Positions 9,066 to 20,344 of a stretch of DNA of 64,000 bases are shown in pieces. The translations under genes were made by a program, and so were the position numbers. This stretch comes from Faecousia sp. (GTDB taxonomy: Bacteria; Bacillota; Clostridia; Oscillospirales; Oscillospiraceae): assembly GCA_045647425.1 (NCBI GenBank), contig JAZRMH010000030.1, positions 18,068 to 82,067 of the forward strand. Reading direction: 5' to 3'. Position 1 is the first letter of the stretch; each line of letters begins with the position of its first letter. The notes beneath the pieces are model-generated. The model did no database searches. It saw only the letters and a program-made list of their open reading frames with translations, and was not told the DNA's origin.

Positions 9066-9790
9066 GAGCCTTATTGTGGGGCGCCAACGGCGCTATGGGA
9101 AAATTGATTGACGGACTTTTGGGCGACGAGGTGGTTGCCAAGGTCAGTTTGGATGGCGAAAACGGTGTTGCCAAAACCTTTGCCGAACTGGGAAAAGTGG
9201 ATGTAGATGTGGTCATTGACTTTTCTCACCACAGTGCAGTGGCGGATGTGCTGGCCTGCGCCATGGGATTGGGTTGCGCCGCGGTCATCGGCACCACCGG
9301 CCATACCCGTGAGGAAAAGCAACTGATTTGCGATGCGTCGGAAAAAATTCCCGTGTTTTACAGTGGCAATATGAGTTTGGGCGTTGCCGTGTTATGTAAA
9401 CTAGCAAGACAGGCGGCCGCTTGCTTCCCCGATGCGGACATTGAGATTTTGGAAATTCACCATAACCGCAAGGTGGATGCCCCTTCCGGAACGGCAAAAA
9501 TGCTGTTTCAGGCGGTGAAATCCGCCCGAGAGGAACTGTATGAGCATTGCGGACGAGCCGGTGAAGGTAAGCGTCAGCCGGGTGAAGTGGGTATTTCTTC
9601 CTTGCGTATGGGCAATGTGGTAGGCGTCCACGAGGTGCATATTACCACCGCCAACCAAAGCCTCACCTTGCGCCATGAGGCGGGCAGCCGTGAAATGCTT
9701 GCCCAAGGTGCGGTGGATGCGTCCCGCTATATCTTGGGAAAACCTGCCGGTCTGTACGCAATGGACCAACTTTTGGAGGGTAAGATTTGA
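9062..9790 (+). CDS. dapB: 4-hydroxy-tetrahydrodipicolinate reductase
   Basis: ATG 9062 overlaps the dapA stop. GANGAMGK N-terminus and the EIHHNRKVDAPSGTA signature. Confidence 0.9.
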   Translation: MRALLWGANGAMGKLIDGLLGDEVVAKVSLDGENGVAKTFAELGKVDVDVVIDFSHHSAVADVLACAMGLGCAAVIGTTGHTREEKQLICDASEKIPVFYSGNMSLGVAVLCKLARQAAACFPDADIEILEIHHNRKVDAPSGTAKMLFQAVKSAREELYEHCGRAGEGKRQPGEVGISSLRMGNVVGVHEVHITTANQSLTLRHEAGSREMLAQGAVDASRYILGKPAGLYAMDQLLEGKI

Positions 9791-10542
9791 ACATTCACCA
9801 TATGAGCGGTGCAGGCAATGATTTTGCCGTGGTGGATGCCCGTGGCTTGGACTTGGATTTTCCCGTCCTTGCCCAAGAACTCTGCGCCCAAATGGGCACA
9901 GACGGACTTTTGGCAGTAGACAGTTCGGACACTGCAGATTTTCGTCTGCATTTTTATAATTCCGACGGTTCGCGCGGGGAAATGTGCGGAAACGGCGCTC
10001 GATGCGTGTGCAAATTTGCCTACGATATGGGCATTGCGGGGGACGCGATGACGGTGCAAACCGATGCCGGTTTGGTTTCCGGTTGGCGATTAGAACAAGA
10101 AACCTATCGGGTCAAACTCAACAACCCCGGTATTTTGGATTTGCAACGGCTGGGACACACGGCTTATGTGGAATTGGGAAACCCCGGAATTCCCCACAGC
10201 GTTACGGAATTGGACGCGTTGGAATTTTCCCAAAAGGAAGAATTGCGTCCCCAATTTTTGGCGGTGCGCCATAATCCGGTCTTCCCCAAAGGGGTCAATG
10301 TGAATTTCTTCACCCGCTTGGCGGAAAACAAAGTTCGCGTGCTGACCTATGAGCGGGGGGTAGAGGATTTTACCCTTGCCTGCGGTACGGGCAGTGCCTC
10401 GGTAGCGGTGGTGCTTTGGAAAAAAGGGCAACTTCCCGGGGGCATTTTGCTGGCGGAAAATCAAGGCGGTACGCTGAAAATCACCGTTTCCGAGGAGGAA
10501 TTGTTCTTAGAAGGCCCCGCCCAAACCGTAAAAATTCTATAA
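9787..10542 (+). CDS. dapF: Diaminopimelate epimerase
   Basis: TTG start overlaps the dapB stop. SGAGNDFAVVD, with MCGNGARC and ACGTGS carrying the catalytic Cys residues. Confidence 0.9.
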   Translation: MNIHHMSGAGNDFAVVDARGLDLDFPVLAQELCAQMGTDGLLAVDSSDTADFRLHFYNSDGSRGEMCGNGARCVCKFAYDMGIAGDAMTVQTDAGLVSGWRLEQETYRVKLNNPGILDLQRLGHTAYVELGNPGIPHSVTELDALEFSQKEELRPQFLAVRHNPVFPKGVNVNFFTRLAENKVRVLTYERGVEDFTLACGTGSASVAVVLWKKGQLPGGILLAENQGGTLKITVSEEELFLEGPAQTVKIL

Positions 10543-10547
10543 TTTTA

Positions 10548-10584
10548 GGGTCTGTTGCAAACTTGCAACAGACCCTTGGTTTTT
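10548..10584. terminator. Hairpin terminator between convergent dapF and the serine hydrolase gene
   Basis: GGGTCTGTTGCAA ac TTGCAACAGACCC followed by TTGGTTTTT. Confidence 0.8.
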
Positions 10585-11692
10585 AATAAAGAACATTCAC
10601 TTCTTGCTCGCCGTCCACAGAGGTATTTTGCAATTCCTCAAAAGCAAGGGTATACACCAATTTTTTCTGAATGGGTACGCCCCGCATATGCTGACAGAGG
10701 AAGACGCTCAAGCCGTTAGGAATGTCCACCGCCAAATATGCGCCACCTGCGCCACCCCAGCCAAAGTCGGTGTAGGGGGAGCCCTCAATGGGAGTGCGGA
10801 CACCCAAACCGTAGCCGTGGTAGAGAACATTATAGGCCTTCATCTGCTCTTCGGTGAGGCGGGGGGTCAGCATCAGTTCCATCGTTTCCGGTTTTAACAG
10901 TTTGCCGGTGCGCAGACCTTCCAAAAACAGCATATACTCTTCCACGGTGGATACACAGCCTGCACCGCCGCAAGCATACTCAGGACCGACACGGAATTCG
11001 TTTCCTTTGGTGCGCAGGGTCACCTCACCGGTTTTGGCGTTGTATAAGTACAAGGGAACCAGTTTTTTCAGCATTTCTTCCGAGGGCATATAGGTGGATT
11101 GCGCCATACCCAAAGGCTTAAAAATATGCTCGGTCACATAGTCATTAAAGGGTACGCCCGCCACAACTTCCACCAAGCAGGCAAGCACATCGTGGGCGAG
11201 GCTGTATTGCCAACTGGTACCCGGTTCGTAAACCAAAGGCTTTTTGGCAAGTAGGCGGATAAATTCCCGGGTGGGACATTTTCCGTCATTTTCCTGCAGA
11301 CATAAATCTCTTGTGGCGGCAAAATCATAGTCCATACCGGCGGTCATAGAAAAGAGATTGTGGATGTAAATGGGATTTTTTGCCGGCACAACACTGCCGT
11401 CTGCCTGCAGCACCGTCATATGTTCATACTCGGGCAGGTAGTCCGACAGTTTGTCTTCCAGTTTGAATAGCCCTTTTTCCCACAACTGCAATGCGGCCGT
11501 GCAGGTAATGGGCTTGGAGCAGGAATAAATTTCATAAAGTTCATCGCCTTTTACGGGAATTTTGTTTTCTCGGTCAGAGTAGCCACCCATATGGCGGGTA
11601 ACACATTTGCCGTCTTTGCAAATCATCAAATCGAAACCCACAATGCCTTGTTCCAAATATTGGTCGCACTGGGCTTTTACTTTTTCAAACAT
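10583..11692 (-). CDS. Serine hydrolase of the beta-lactamase/transpeptidase-like family (class C-related)
   Basis: 369 aa. SxxK motif in IYSCSKPITCTAAL. Overall EstB/AmpC-related pattern. Confidence 0.85.
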   Translation of the reverse strand: MFEKVKAQCDQYLEQGIVGFDLMICKDGKCVTRHMGGYSDRENKIPVKGDELYEIYSCSKPITCTAALQLWEKGLFKLEDKLSDYLPEYEHMTVLQADGSVVPAKNPIYIHNLFSMTAGMDYDFAATRDLCLQENDGKCPTREFIRLLAKKPLVYEPGTSWQYSLAHDVLACLVEVVAGVPFNDYVTEHIFKPLGMAQSTYMPSEEMLKKLVPLYLYNAKTGEVTLRTKGNEFRVGPEYACGGAGCVSTVEEYMLFLEGLRTGKLLKPETMELMLTPRLTEEQMKAYNVLYHGYGLGVRTPIEGSPYTDFGWGGAGGAYLAVDIPNGLSVFLCQHMRGVPIQKKLVYTLAFEELQNTSVDGEQEVNVLY

Positions 11693-11865
11693 AACTTCCC
11701 TCCGTCTTGTTTTGCTTTTACCATTATATCACTTGGGAAAATGAAAGTAAAGGGCAAAAAAGAAAGGAAACTTGCAAAAACTCCCGAAAACCCTTTTGTG
11801 CAAGTTGCATATGAAAGAATGACCCTCGGCTCTTGCATTTTATAGGGATTTTTCGCAAAAAGTTG

Positions 11866-11894
11866 TTGCACTGTAGACAGATGTCTGCTACAAT
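11866..11894 (+). promoter_or_regulatory. SigA-type promoter of gdhA
   Basis: TTGCAC (11866-11871), 17-nt spacer, TGcTACAAT (11886-11894). The RBS AGGAGG follows. Confidence 0.55.
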
Positions 11895-11913
11895 GATACA
11901 TATTTGCTATTAG

Positions 11914-13263
<1,350 letters not shown>

Positions 13264-13274
13264 TTTAAGACATC

Positions 13275-13307
13275 AAAGAACACCCCAATCGGGGTGTTCT
13301 TTTTTTG
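13275..13307 (+). terminator. gdhA terminator
   Basis: AAAGAACACCCC aatc GGGGTGTTCTTT plus a T run. Confidence 0.85.
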
Positions 13308-13356
13308 GAAAAAGGACGGGCAGGACTTCATAGAGTTCTCTATGGAGGTGATGGCG

Positions 13357-14031
13357 ATGTTCGCCGCGGTATGGCTGATGCTCAGCGGTCTGTTATACTC
13401 GTTACAACTGTCTACCGGCTCGTTCCCCAAACCCCTCACAGCGGAGGAAGAGACCCATTATTTAAAACTCAGCGCCCAAGGGGATATGGAAGCCAGAAAT
13501 ATTTTAATTGAACGGAACTTGCGGTTGGTTGCCCATATTATGAAGAAATATTACGCCCAAACCGCAGACCAAGAGGATTTGATTTCCATTGGTACCATTG
13601 GGCTGATTAAGGGCGTGACCACCTTTGACCCCTCGAAGGGGGCAAGGCTTGCCACCTATGCCGCCCGATGTGTGGAAAACGAGATTCTCATGCACTTCCG
13701 CAGTCAGAAAAAGTCCAGCCAAGATGTGTCGTTAAGCGATTATATCGAAACCGGCAGTGATGGGGCGGCGCTGGAAATTATGGATGTGGTCAGTGACGAA
13801 ACCGACCTTTTGGAGCAGGTGAGCAATCGGCAAATGCAAAAAAAGTTGTGCCAGGCGGTAGACACTGTGCTGACTGAGCAGGAACGGCAGGTCATTGTGG
13901 CCCGATACGGCTTAGGTACCGGCGTGCCCATGCGTCAGCGAGAGGTGGCAAATCTCACCGGAATTAGCCGAAGTTACGTGTCCCGCATAGAAAAACGGGC
14001 ATTACATAAGTTAAAGCAAGCACTGGAATAG
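13357..14031 (+). CDS. sigK: Sporulation sigma factor, pro-sigma-K type (uninterrupted)
   Basis: SFPKPLTAEEE..., ARNILIERNLRLVAHIMKKY, EDLISIGTIGLIKG, LATYAARCVENEILMHFR and ISRSYVSRIEKRAL closely follow B. subtilis SigK. There is a hydrophobic pro-sequence. The start could be 13342, 13351 or 13357; GGAGG at 13344-13348 favours 13357. The tracked start 13294 lies inside the gdhA terminator. Confidence 0.85.
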   Translation: MFAAVWLMLSGLLYSLQLSTGSFPKPLTAEEETHYLKLSAQGDMEARNILIERNLRLVAHIMKKYYAQTADQEDLISIGTIGLIKGVTTFDPSKGARLATYAARCVENEILMHFRSQKKSSQDVSLSDYIETGSDGAALEIMDVVSDETDLLEQVSNRQMQKKLCQAVDTVLTEQERQVIVARYGLGTGVPMRQREVANLTGISRSYVSRIEKRALHKLKQALE

Positions 14032-14050
14032 GAAAAAGGGAAAACTATCC

Positions 14051-14079
14051 TTGCTTTATTTCGCCTTGTGTAGTATACT
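14051..14079 (+). promoter_or_regulatory. Candidate promoter of rfbA-rfbB
   Basis: TTGCTT (14051-14056), 17-nt spacer, TATACT (14074-14079). Confidence 0.4.
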
Positions 14080-14130
14080 GGGCTTGGTATATACTGCCGA
14101 AAAATAAAGAAAAATACGGAGGGAAACGAT

Positions 14131-15054
14131 ATGAAAGGTATTGTTCTGGCAGGCGGTTCCGGCACACGGCTCTACCCCCTGACAAGAGTGACTTCCAAAC
14201 AACTGCTTCCTATTTACGATAAACCTATGATTTACTATCCCATCTCTGTGCTGATGAGTGCAGGCATTCGGGATATTCTGATTATTTCCACCCCCCAAGA
14301 TTTGCCTCGTTTCGAGGGACTTTTGGGGGACGGTAGCCAGTTTGGTATCCGTTTGCAATATGCCCAACAGTCCAAGCCCGAGGGCTTGGCCCAAGCCTTT
14401 ACCATCGGCGCGGACTTTATCGGAAACGATTGCGTGGCTATGGTGCTGGGGGATAACATTTTCTTCGGCCACGGTTTGAGAAAACGCCTGCGTACCGCGG
14501 TGCGCAATGCCAGATCCGGCAAGGGCGCAACGGTGTTTGGTTATTATGTGGATGACCCTGAGCGGTTTGGCATTGTGGAATTTGATGCCGAGGGCAAGGC
14601 AATTTCCATTGAGGAAAAGCCGGAACGCCCCAAGAGCAATTACTGCGTCACCGGTTTGTATTTCTACGACAATCGGGTGGTGGAATACGCCCGCAATTTG
14701 AAGCCCTCTAAGCGGGGTGAGTTGGAAATTACAGACTTGAACCGCATTTATTTAGAGCAGGGCGAACTGAATGTGGAACTGCTGGGTCAAGGCTTCACTT
14801 GGCTGGATACCGGCACCCATGAGAGTTTGGTGGAAGCGACGAACTTTGTCAAAACCGTGGAAGACCATCAGAACCGTAAAATCGGCTGTTTGGAAGATAT
14901 TGCCTATGTCAACGGCTGGATTTCCAGAGAGCGGGTAGAAGAAGTGATTAAGATTTGCAAGAACCAATACGGCCGGTATTTGCAGGATGTGTTGGACGGC
15001 AGATATGTGGATGTTCTGCGGGATCGGAAGCGTCTGGAGGAACTGGAAAAATGA
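14131..15054 (+). CDS. rfbA: Glucose-1-phosphate thymidylyltransferase
   Basis: [37 protein letters not shown] is the canonical RmlA N-terminus. RBS GGAGGG. Confidence 0.95.
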   Translation: MKGIVLAGGSGTRLYPLTRVTSKQLLPIYDKPMIYYPISVLMSAGIRDILIISTPQDLPRFEGLLGDGSQFGIRLQYAQQSKPEGLAQAFTIGADFIGNDCVAMVLGDNIFFGHGLRKRLRTAVRNARSGKGATVFGYYVDDPERFGIVEFDAEGKAISIEEKPERPKSNYCVTGLYFYDNRVVEYARNLKPSKRGELEITDLNRIYLEQGELNVELLGQGFTWLDTGTHESLVEATNFVKTVEDHQNRKIGCLEDIAYVNGWISRERVEEVIKICKNQYGRYLQDVLDGRYVDVLRDRKRLEELEK

Positions 15055-16076
15055 GCAAAACAATCATCGTAACCGGCGGTGCAGGATTTATCGGCTCGAA
15101 CTTTGTGTTTCATATGCTGGAAAAATATCCGAATTACCGGATTATTTGCTTGGATAAACTGACTTACGCCGGCAATTTAAGCACCTTGGCGCCGGTGATG
15201 GAAAATCCCAATTTTCGCTTTGTCAAGTTGGATATTTGCGACAGAGAAGGGGTTTACAATCTTTTTGAGGAAGAAAAGCCCCATATTGTGGTGAATTTCG
15301 CCGCGGAAAGCCATGTGGACCGTTCCATTGAAAATCCCGAGATTTTCCTGCAGACCAACATTTTGGGCACGCAGGTGTTGATGGATGCCTGCCGGAAATA
15401 CGGCATCGAGCGGTATCACCAAGTTTCCACCGACGAGGTCTATGGCGATTTACCCCTAGACCGTCCGGACTTATTCTTCACCGAGGAAACCCCCATTCAT
15501 ACTTCTTCCCCCTATTCCTCTTCCAAGGCGGGGGCGGATTTGCTGGTAATGGCGTACCACCGTACCTATGGGTTGCCGGTGACCATTTCCCGCTGTTCCA
15601 ATAACTACGGTCCGTATCACTTCCCCGAGAAGTTGATTCCCTTGATGATTGCCAACGCCCTGAATGATAAGCCTCTGCCGGTGTACGGCGAGGGTTTGAA
15701 TGTGCGGGATTGGCTGTATGTGGCGGACCACTGTAAGGCCATTGACCTAATTATTCACAGCGGTCGAGTAGGCGAAGTTTACAACATCGGCGGACACAAT
15801 GAGATGAAAAATATCGACATTGTGAAGTTGATTTGCAAGGAATTGGGCAAGCCGGAAAGCCTGATTACCTATGTGGCGGACCGGAAGGGTCACGATATGC
15901 GCTATGCCATTGACCCCACCAAAATCCATCGGGAATTGGGTTGGCTGCCGGAGACAAAATTTGCAGACGGCATCCAAAAGACCATCCGCTGGTACTTAGA
16001 TAACAAGCCTTGGTGGCAGGAAATTATTTCCGGCGAATACCAAAATTACTACGAAAAAATGTACCATAACCGCTAA
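15051..16076 (+). CDS. rfbB: dTDP-glucose 4,6-dehydratase
   Basis: ATG 15051 overlaps the rfbA stop (ATGA). [11 protein letters not shown] and [11 protein letters not shown] (YxxxK). Confidence 0.95.
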   Translation: MSKTIIVTGGAGFIGSNFVFHMLEKYPNYRIICLDKLTYAGNLSTLAPVMENPNFRFVKLDICDREGVYNLFEEEKPHIVVNFAAESHVDRSIENPEIFLQTNILGTQVLMDACRKYGIERYHQVSTDEVYGDLPLDRPDLFFTEETPIHTSSPYSSSKAGADLLVMAYHRTYGLPVTISRCSNNYGPYHFPEKLIPLMIANALNDKPLPVYGEGLNVRDWLYVADHCKAIDLIIHSGRVGEVYNIGGHNEMKNIDIVKLICKELGKPESLITYVADRKGHDMRYAIDPTKIHRELGWLPETKFADGIQKTIRWYLDNKPWWQEIISGEYQNYYEKMYHNR

Positions 16077-16080
16077 AACA

Positions 16081-16120
16081 ACACCCAAGTGCTGTCGCAC
16101 TTGGGTGTTTTGTTTTCTTT
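16081..16120 (+). terminator. Terminator after rfbB, splitting the locus into two transcription units
   Basis: ACACCCAAGTGC tgtc GCACTTGGGTGT followed by TTTTGTTTTCTTTT. Confidence 0.8.
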
Positions 16121-16198
16121 TGCTTGGAAAACATTGCAAAACCGCGATTTATCATGGGAAAACATTGGGAAATCAGGGTTTTTGGTGGGGCGGTCAAG

Positions 16199-16227
16199 TT
16201 GACAGAATGGCGCAAATCGGCTATAAT
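16199..16227 (+). promoter_or_regulatory. Perfect-consensus SigA promoter of the main polysaccharide operon
   Basis: TTGACA (16199-16204), exactly 17 nt, TATAAT (16222-16227). Confidence 0.7.
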
Positions 16228-16271
16228 AGCCAGTAATATAGGGAGATTCTGTCCGAAAGGAGTTTTTGAAA

Positions 16272-17576
16272 ATGGAAAGCAAAAAAACGGAGCGTTTGAT
16301 TTATTTCAGAGATTTGATTTTTACGGTGTTGAGAAAGTGGAAAGTCGTTGTGGCAGTAGGACTTATCCTCGCTTTGGTGTCGGGTGGATTCCAGTTGTTT
16401 AGGGGGATGCGGGCAAGTGATGCCGTGCAGTCTGCTGACCTGATGGCAGAGTATGAAAACCGCAAGGCAGATATGGAAGAGCGGGTTTTTATTTTGCAAC
16501 AGCATTTGGATGGACAAAACAGTTATCTTGCCCAATCCCTTCTGATGCAGTTAGACCCCTACTACCACTATGCGGTGAAGGTCAGTTTGTATGCCCAGAC
16601 GGATTGCGTCGCCACGGAAGATGGGTTACAATTGGCGTTGGCGGTGCTTCGGGGATATGAAAAAGCCTTGTTAGATACCGAAAGCACAAAGGAAATTGCC
16701 CAAGTGCTGGAAATTCAGGAAATGTATGTGCCGGAACTTTTCGTAGTGGAACTCGATGACATTTCCGGCACGCTGTCGCTGGCTGTGAAGTGCAAGGATT
16801 TGGAAAGCGGTAAAACATTGCTCTCTGCCTTAATAGAGCGGGTGCAATCGGCAGGCAAAAACATCCAATCCGCGGTGGCGGAACATAACCTCTCTGTGTT
16901 AGAGCAGACCGTTGTCCCCTGCGTGGACACCTTGCTGGCAGAGACGCAGAAACAGAACAATACCGCGCTGGCGGATGTGCAAAAGGATTTGACCAACGCA
17001 AAAGCGGAACTGTCCGCTTTGACCCCTCTGGCAACTTCCGGCGGTGTGTCGCTGAAAAAAGTGGTTCTGTTTGCCCTCATTGGCGGTGTGTTAGGCGTAG
17101 GACTTTGCGCCTGCGTGATTTGGGTCAACTACATTGTAGGAGCAAAGGTCTATTCCGTCAGAACATTGCAGGATGTTACCGGCGTTCGGGTGCTGGGCGC
17201 TGTTCGGACAAAGTCTCACAAGTTGGGCATTGACCGGTGGCTTTATCGGGCAGAGGGTCGGGAAACCTCCCAAAGTTATGATTTGGTAGCAACGGACATC
17301 CGTTGCCGAATTGCCGGAAAATCACTGCTTCTCACCGGCGACGGTAATACCGCAGATTTGCAAGAGGCATTGCAAAAGGCGATGCCCGAGGTGCAGATTT
17401 TCGCCGGCGGGGATATTTTGACGCAAGCCTCTGCGTTGGAAGATTTGGGCAAGTGCGAAAATGTGGTCTTGGTAGAGCAGTGCGGGGCTTCTTGCTATGA
17501 CAAGGTAAAACGCCGTACCGCCCTTGTGGAGGATTATCAGAAAAAACTGGTAGGTTGTGTGCTTTTGGATGGTTAA
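16272..17576 (+). CDS. Wzz/PCP-type chain-length determinant fused to a degenerate BY-kinase-like C-terminal domain
   Basis: ATG 16272 lies 9 nt after AGGAG. N-terminal [18 protein letters not shown], a long coiled segment and a second [24 protein letters not shown]. The C-terminal ~125 aa has CpsD-like strand order but no Walker A and no Tyr tail. Confidence 0.7.
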   Translation: MESKKTERLIYFRDLIFTVLRKWKVVVAVGLILALVSGGFQLFRGMRASDAVQSADLMAEYENRKADMEERVFILQQHLDGQNSYLAQSLLMQLDPYYHYAVKVSLYAQTDCVATEDGLQLALAVLRGYEKALLDTESTKEIAQVLEIQEMYVPELFVVELDDISGTLSLAVKCKDLESGKTLLSALIERVQSAGKNIQSAVAEHNLSVLEQTVVPCVDTLLAETQKQNNTALADVQKDLTNAKAELSALTPLATSGGVSLKKVVLFALIGGVLGVGLCACVIWVNYIVGAKVYSVRTLQDVTGVRVLGAVRTKSHKLGIDRWLYRAEGRETSQSYDLVATDIRCRIAGKSLLLTGDGNTADLQEALQKAMPEVQIFAGGDILTQASALEDLGKCENVVLVEQCGASCYDKVKRRTALVEDYQKKLVGCVLLDG

Positions 17577-17580
17577 GGAT

Positions 17581-18792
17581 ATGAAAAGATATACCGTTGC
17601 AGTAGCCGGTACCGGCTATGTGGGTCTGAGTATGGCAACTCTGCTGTCCCAGCATCATCGTGTGCTGGCAGTGGATGTGGTGGCGGAAAAGGTGGATATG
17701 ATTAACCGCCGGCAAAGCCCCATCGCCGATGCGGAAATTGAAGCATTTTTGGCAACCCAAAAACTGGATTTGACAGCGACGATGGATGCCGAACTGGCGT
17801 ATTCCCAAGCGGATTTTGTGGTGATTGCCGCCCCCACCAACTATGACCCTCAGAAAAATTTCTTCGACACTTCGATTGTGGAAGCGGTGATAGAGCAGGT
17901 TCTGCAGTATAACGACCACGCCTATATGGTGGTCAAATCTACCATTCCCGTAGGATTTACGGCGATGGCGCGGGAAAAATTCGGCACGGACAGATTGCTC
18001 TTTAGTCCGGAATTTTTGCGGGAGAGTCGTGCGCTGTACGATAACCTCTATCCTAGCCGAATTATTGTGGGCTTGGATGTGGCAGACGAAAAGCAGATGG
18101 AAGCGGCAAAGACCTTTGCTGGTCTACTGCAAGAGGGCGCTGTCAAAGAAAATATTGACACCTTGTTTATGGGTTACACGGAAGCCGAAGCGGTGAAACT
18201 TTTCGCCAATACTTACCTTGCTTTGCGGGTATCCTATTTTAACGAACTGGACACCTATGCGGAAATGCGTGGCTTGAATACCGCCGATATCATCGACGGC
18301 GTATGCCTAGACCCCCGCATTGGCAGTTATTACAACAACCCCAGTTTCGGCTATGGCGGGTACTGTTTGCCCAAAGATACCAAGCAACTATTGGCAAACT
18401 ATCAGGATGTGCCGGAAAACTTAATTGAAGCCATTGTGGAAAGCAACCGCACCCGCAAGGATTTTATTGCTTCCCAAGTGCTGAAACTCACCGGAAAGCC
18501 GGCAGAAGAAAGCGTTGTGGGCGTGTACCGCCTGACTATGAAAACCGGCAGTGATAATTTCCGGCAAAGTTCCATTCAAGGGGTTATGAAACGGCTGAAA
18601 GCCGAGGGCGCGCAAATTGTGATTTACGAGCCCACCTTGGAAAACGGAAGTTGTTTTTACGGGGATTTGGTGGTCAACGATTTGGACGCCTTTAAAGCCC
18701 AAACCGACGCCATTATTGCCAACCGCTATCACAGCGAATTAGATAGCGTGGCGGAAAAAGTCTATACCCGAGATGTGTTTCATCGGGACTAA
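17581..18792 (+). CDS. ugd: UDP-glucose 6-dehydrogenase
   Basis: [10 protein letters not shown] Rossmann motif and the GGYCLPKD catalytic Cys motif. 403 aa. Confidence 0.9.
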   Translation: MKRYTVAVAGTGYVGLSMATLLSQHHRVLAVDVVAEKVDMINRRQSPIADAEIEAFLATQKLDLTATMDAELAYSQADFVVIAAPTNYDPQKNFFDTSIVEAVIEQVLQYNDHAYMVVKSTIPVGFTAMAREKFGTDRLLFSPEFLRESRALYDNLYPSRIIVGLDVADEKQMEAAKTFAGLLQEGAVKENIDTLFMGYTEAEAVKLFANTYLALRVSYFNELDTYAEMRGLNTADIIDGVCLDPRIGSYYNNPSFGYGGYCLPKDTKQLLANYQDVPENLIEAIVESNRTRKDFIASQVLKLTGKPAEESVVGVYRLTMKTGSDNFRQSSIQGVMKRLKAEGAQIVIYEPTLENGSCFYGDLVVNDLDAFKAQTDAIIANRYHSELDSVAEKVYTRDVFHRD

Positions 18793-18807
18793 TCAGTGAG
18801 GATTTTT

Positions 18808-19722
18808 ATGAAGGTTTTTGTTACCGGCGTAGGTGGCCAGTTGGGTCACGATATTGTTAACGAATTGCACAGCCGTGGCATAGAGGCGGTGGGCAGTGAC
18901 ATTGCCCCAGAGTATTGCGGTGTGGCAGACGGTTCGTATGTGGCCCTTGCCCCCTATGTGCAACTGGATATTACCGATGAAGAAGCGGTTGCCCGCGTGT
19001 TGGGGGAAGTTTGCCCCGACGCGGTGATTCACTGCGCCGCTTGGACGGCGGTGGATTTGGCAGAGGACGAGGACAAAAAGGACAAAGTCCGCGCCATTAA
19101 TGCCACCGGCACCAAGCATATCGCCGACGCTTGCAAAGCCCTTTCTTGCAAAATGATCTATATTTCCACAGACTATGTGTTCAACGGCTTGGGGCAAACC
19201 CCGTGGCAACCGGATTGCAAGGATTACGCCCCCTTAAATGTCTACGGACAGACCAAGTTGGAAGGGGAACTGGCGGTAGCCAATACCTTGGAAAAATATT
19301 TTATTGTCCGTATCGCTTGGGTATTTGGCTTAAACGGCAATAATTTTATTAAGACTATGCTGAACCTGAGCAACAAATACGACACCTTGCGGGTGGTGTG
19401 CGACCAAATCGGCACCCCCACTTACACCTTGGATTTATCTCGGTTGCTGGTAGATATGGTGCAGACGGAAAAATACGGCTACTACCACGCCACCAACGAG
19501 GGCGGTTATATCTCTTGGTATGATTTCGCCCGGGAGATTTTCCGTCAGGCAGGCAAGCAAATGACGGTTCATCCGGTGACCACGGAAGAATACGGCCTTT
19601 CTAAGGCCGCCCGTCCCTTCAACAGCCGTTTGGACAAGTCCAAATTGGTGGAAAACGGCTTTACACCCCTGCCCACTTGGCAGGATGCCCTCCGCCGTTA
19701 CCTAAAAGAAATCGAGGAATGA
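18808..19722 (+). CDS. rfbD: dTDP-4-dehydrorhamnose reductase
   Basis: ATG 18808 lies 7 nt after GAGG. MKVFVTGVGGQLG, YGQTKLEGE (YxxxK) and PTYT. Confidence 0.9.
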   Translation: MKVFVTGVGGQLGHDIVNELHSRGIEAVGSDIAPEYCGVADGSYVALAPYVQLDITDEEAVARVLGEVCPDAVIHCAAWTAVDLAEDEDKKDKVRAINATGTKHIADACKALSCKMIYISTDYVFNGLGQTPWQPDCKDYAPLNVYGQTKLEGELAVANTLEKYFIVRIAWVFGLNGNNFIKTMLNLSNKYDTLRVVCDQIGTPTYTLDLSRLLVDMVQTEKYGYYHATNEGGYISWYDFAREIFRQAGKQMTVHPVTTEEYGLSKAARPFNSRLDKSKLVENGFTPLPTWQDALRRYLKEIEE

Positions 19723-19724
19723 GT

Positions 19725-20333
19725 ATGGGACAGATACAAGTAGAAAAAAATGTAGGCGGTATTGAAGGCTTGTGCATCATTACCCCTGCGGTACACGGTG
19801 ACAATCGCGGTTACTTTATGGAAACTTACAGCCGGCGGGATATGGAAGAAGCCGGTATCGATATCGAATTTGTGCAGGACAACCAATCTATGTCTACGAA
19901 GGGCGTACTGCGGGGTCTGCATTTTCAAAAGAATTTCCCCCAAACCAAACTGGTTCGCGCCATTAAGGGCAGTGTGTTTGATGTGGCGGTGGACTTGCGG
20001 AAAGACTCTGCCACCTACGGAAAATGGTATGGCGTGGAACTGACCGAGGAAAATAAAAAGCAGTTTTTGATTCCCCGAGGCTTTGCCCACGGCTTTTTGG
20101 TGCTGACGGAAACGGCAGAATTTTGCTACAAATGCGACGATTTTTACCACGCCAACGACGAAGGCGGATTGGCTTGGAACGATCCGGCTATCGGCATCCA
20201 ATGGCCCCAAATGCAGGGCGCTTACAAAGGTACGGCATCGGCAGAGGGCTACACCCTTTCCGACGGCACGCCCTTAAACCTCTCGGATAAAGATCAAAAA
20301 TGGGAGAACTTGGAAAATACCTTCCGGTTCTAA
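19725..20333 (+). CDS. rfbC: dTDP-4-dehydrorhamnose 3,5-epimerase
   Basis: HGDNRGYFMETY, RGLHFQ and PRGFAHGF. The start is 19719 (overlapping the rfbD stop) or 19725. Confidence 0.9.
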   Translation: MGQIQVEKNVGGIEGLCIITPAVHGDNRGYFMETYSRRDMEEAGIDIEFVQDNQSMSTKGVLRGLHFQKNFPQTKLVRAIKGSVFDVAVDLRKDSATYGKWYGVELTEENKKQFLIPRGFAHGFLVLTETAEFCYKCDDFYHANDEGGLAWNDPAIGIQWPQMQGAYKGTASAEGYTLSDGTPLNLSDKDQKWENLENTFRF

Positions 20334-20344
20334 AGGATAGGATT

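Noticed and set aside
13294-14031. Whether sigK is interrupted by a skin-like element or starts at the tracked ATG 13294.
   Set aside because: The ORF is continuous through all sigma-70 regions 2-4, so there is no intervening element. The 13294 start lies inside the gdhA terminator hairpin, and the start near 13342-13357 has a GGAGG RBS.
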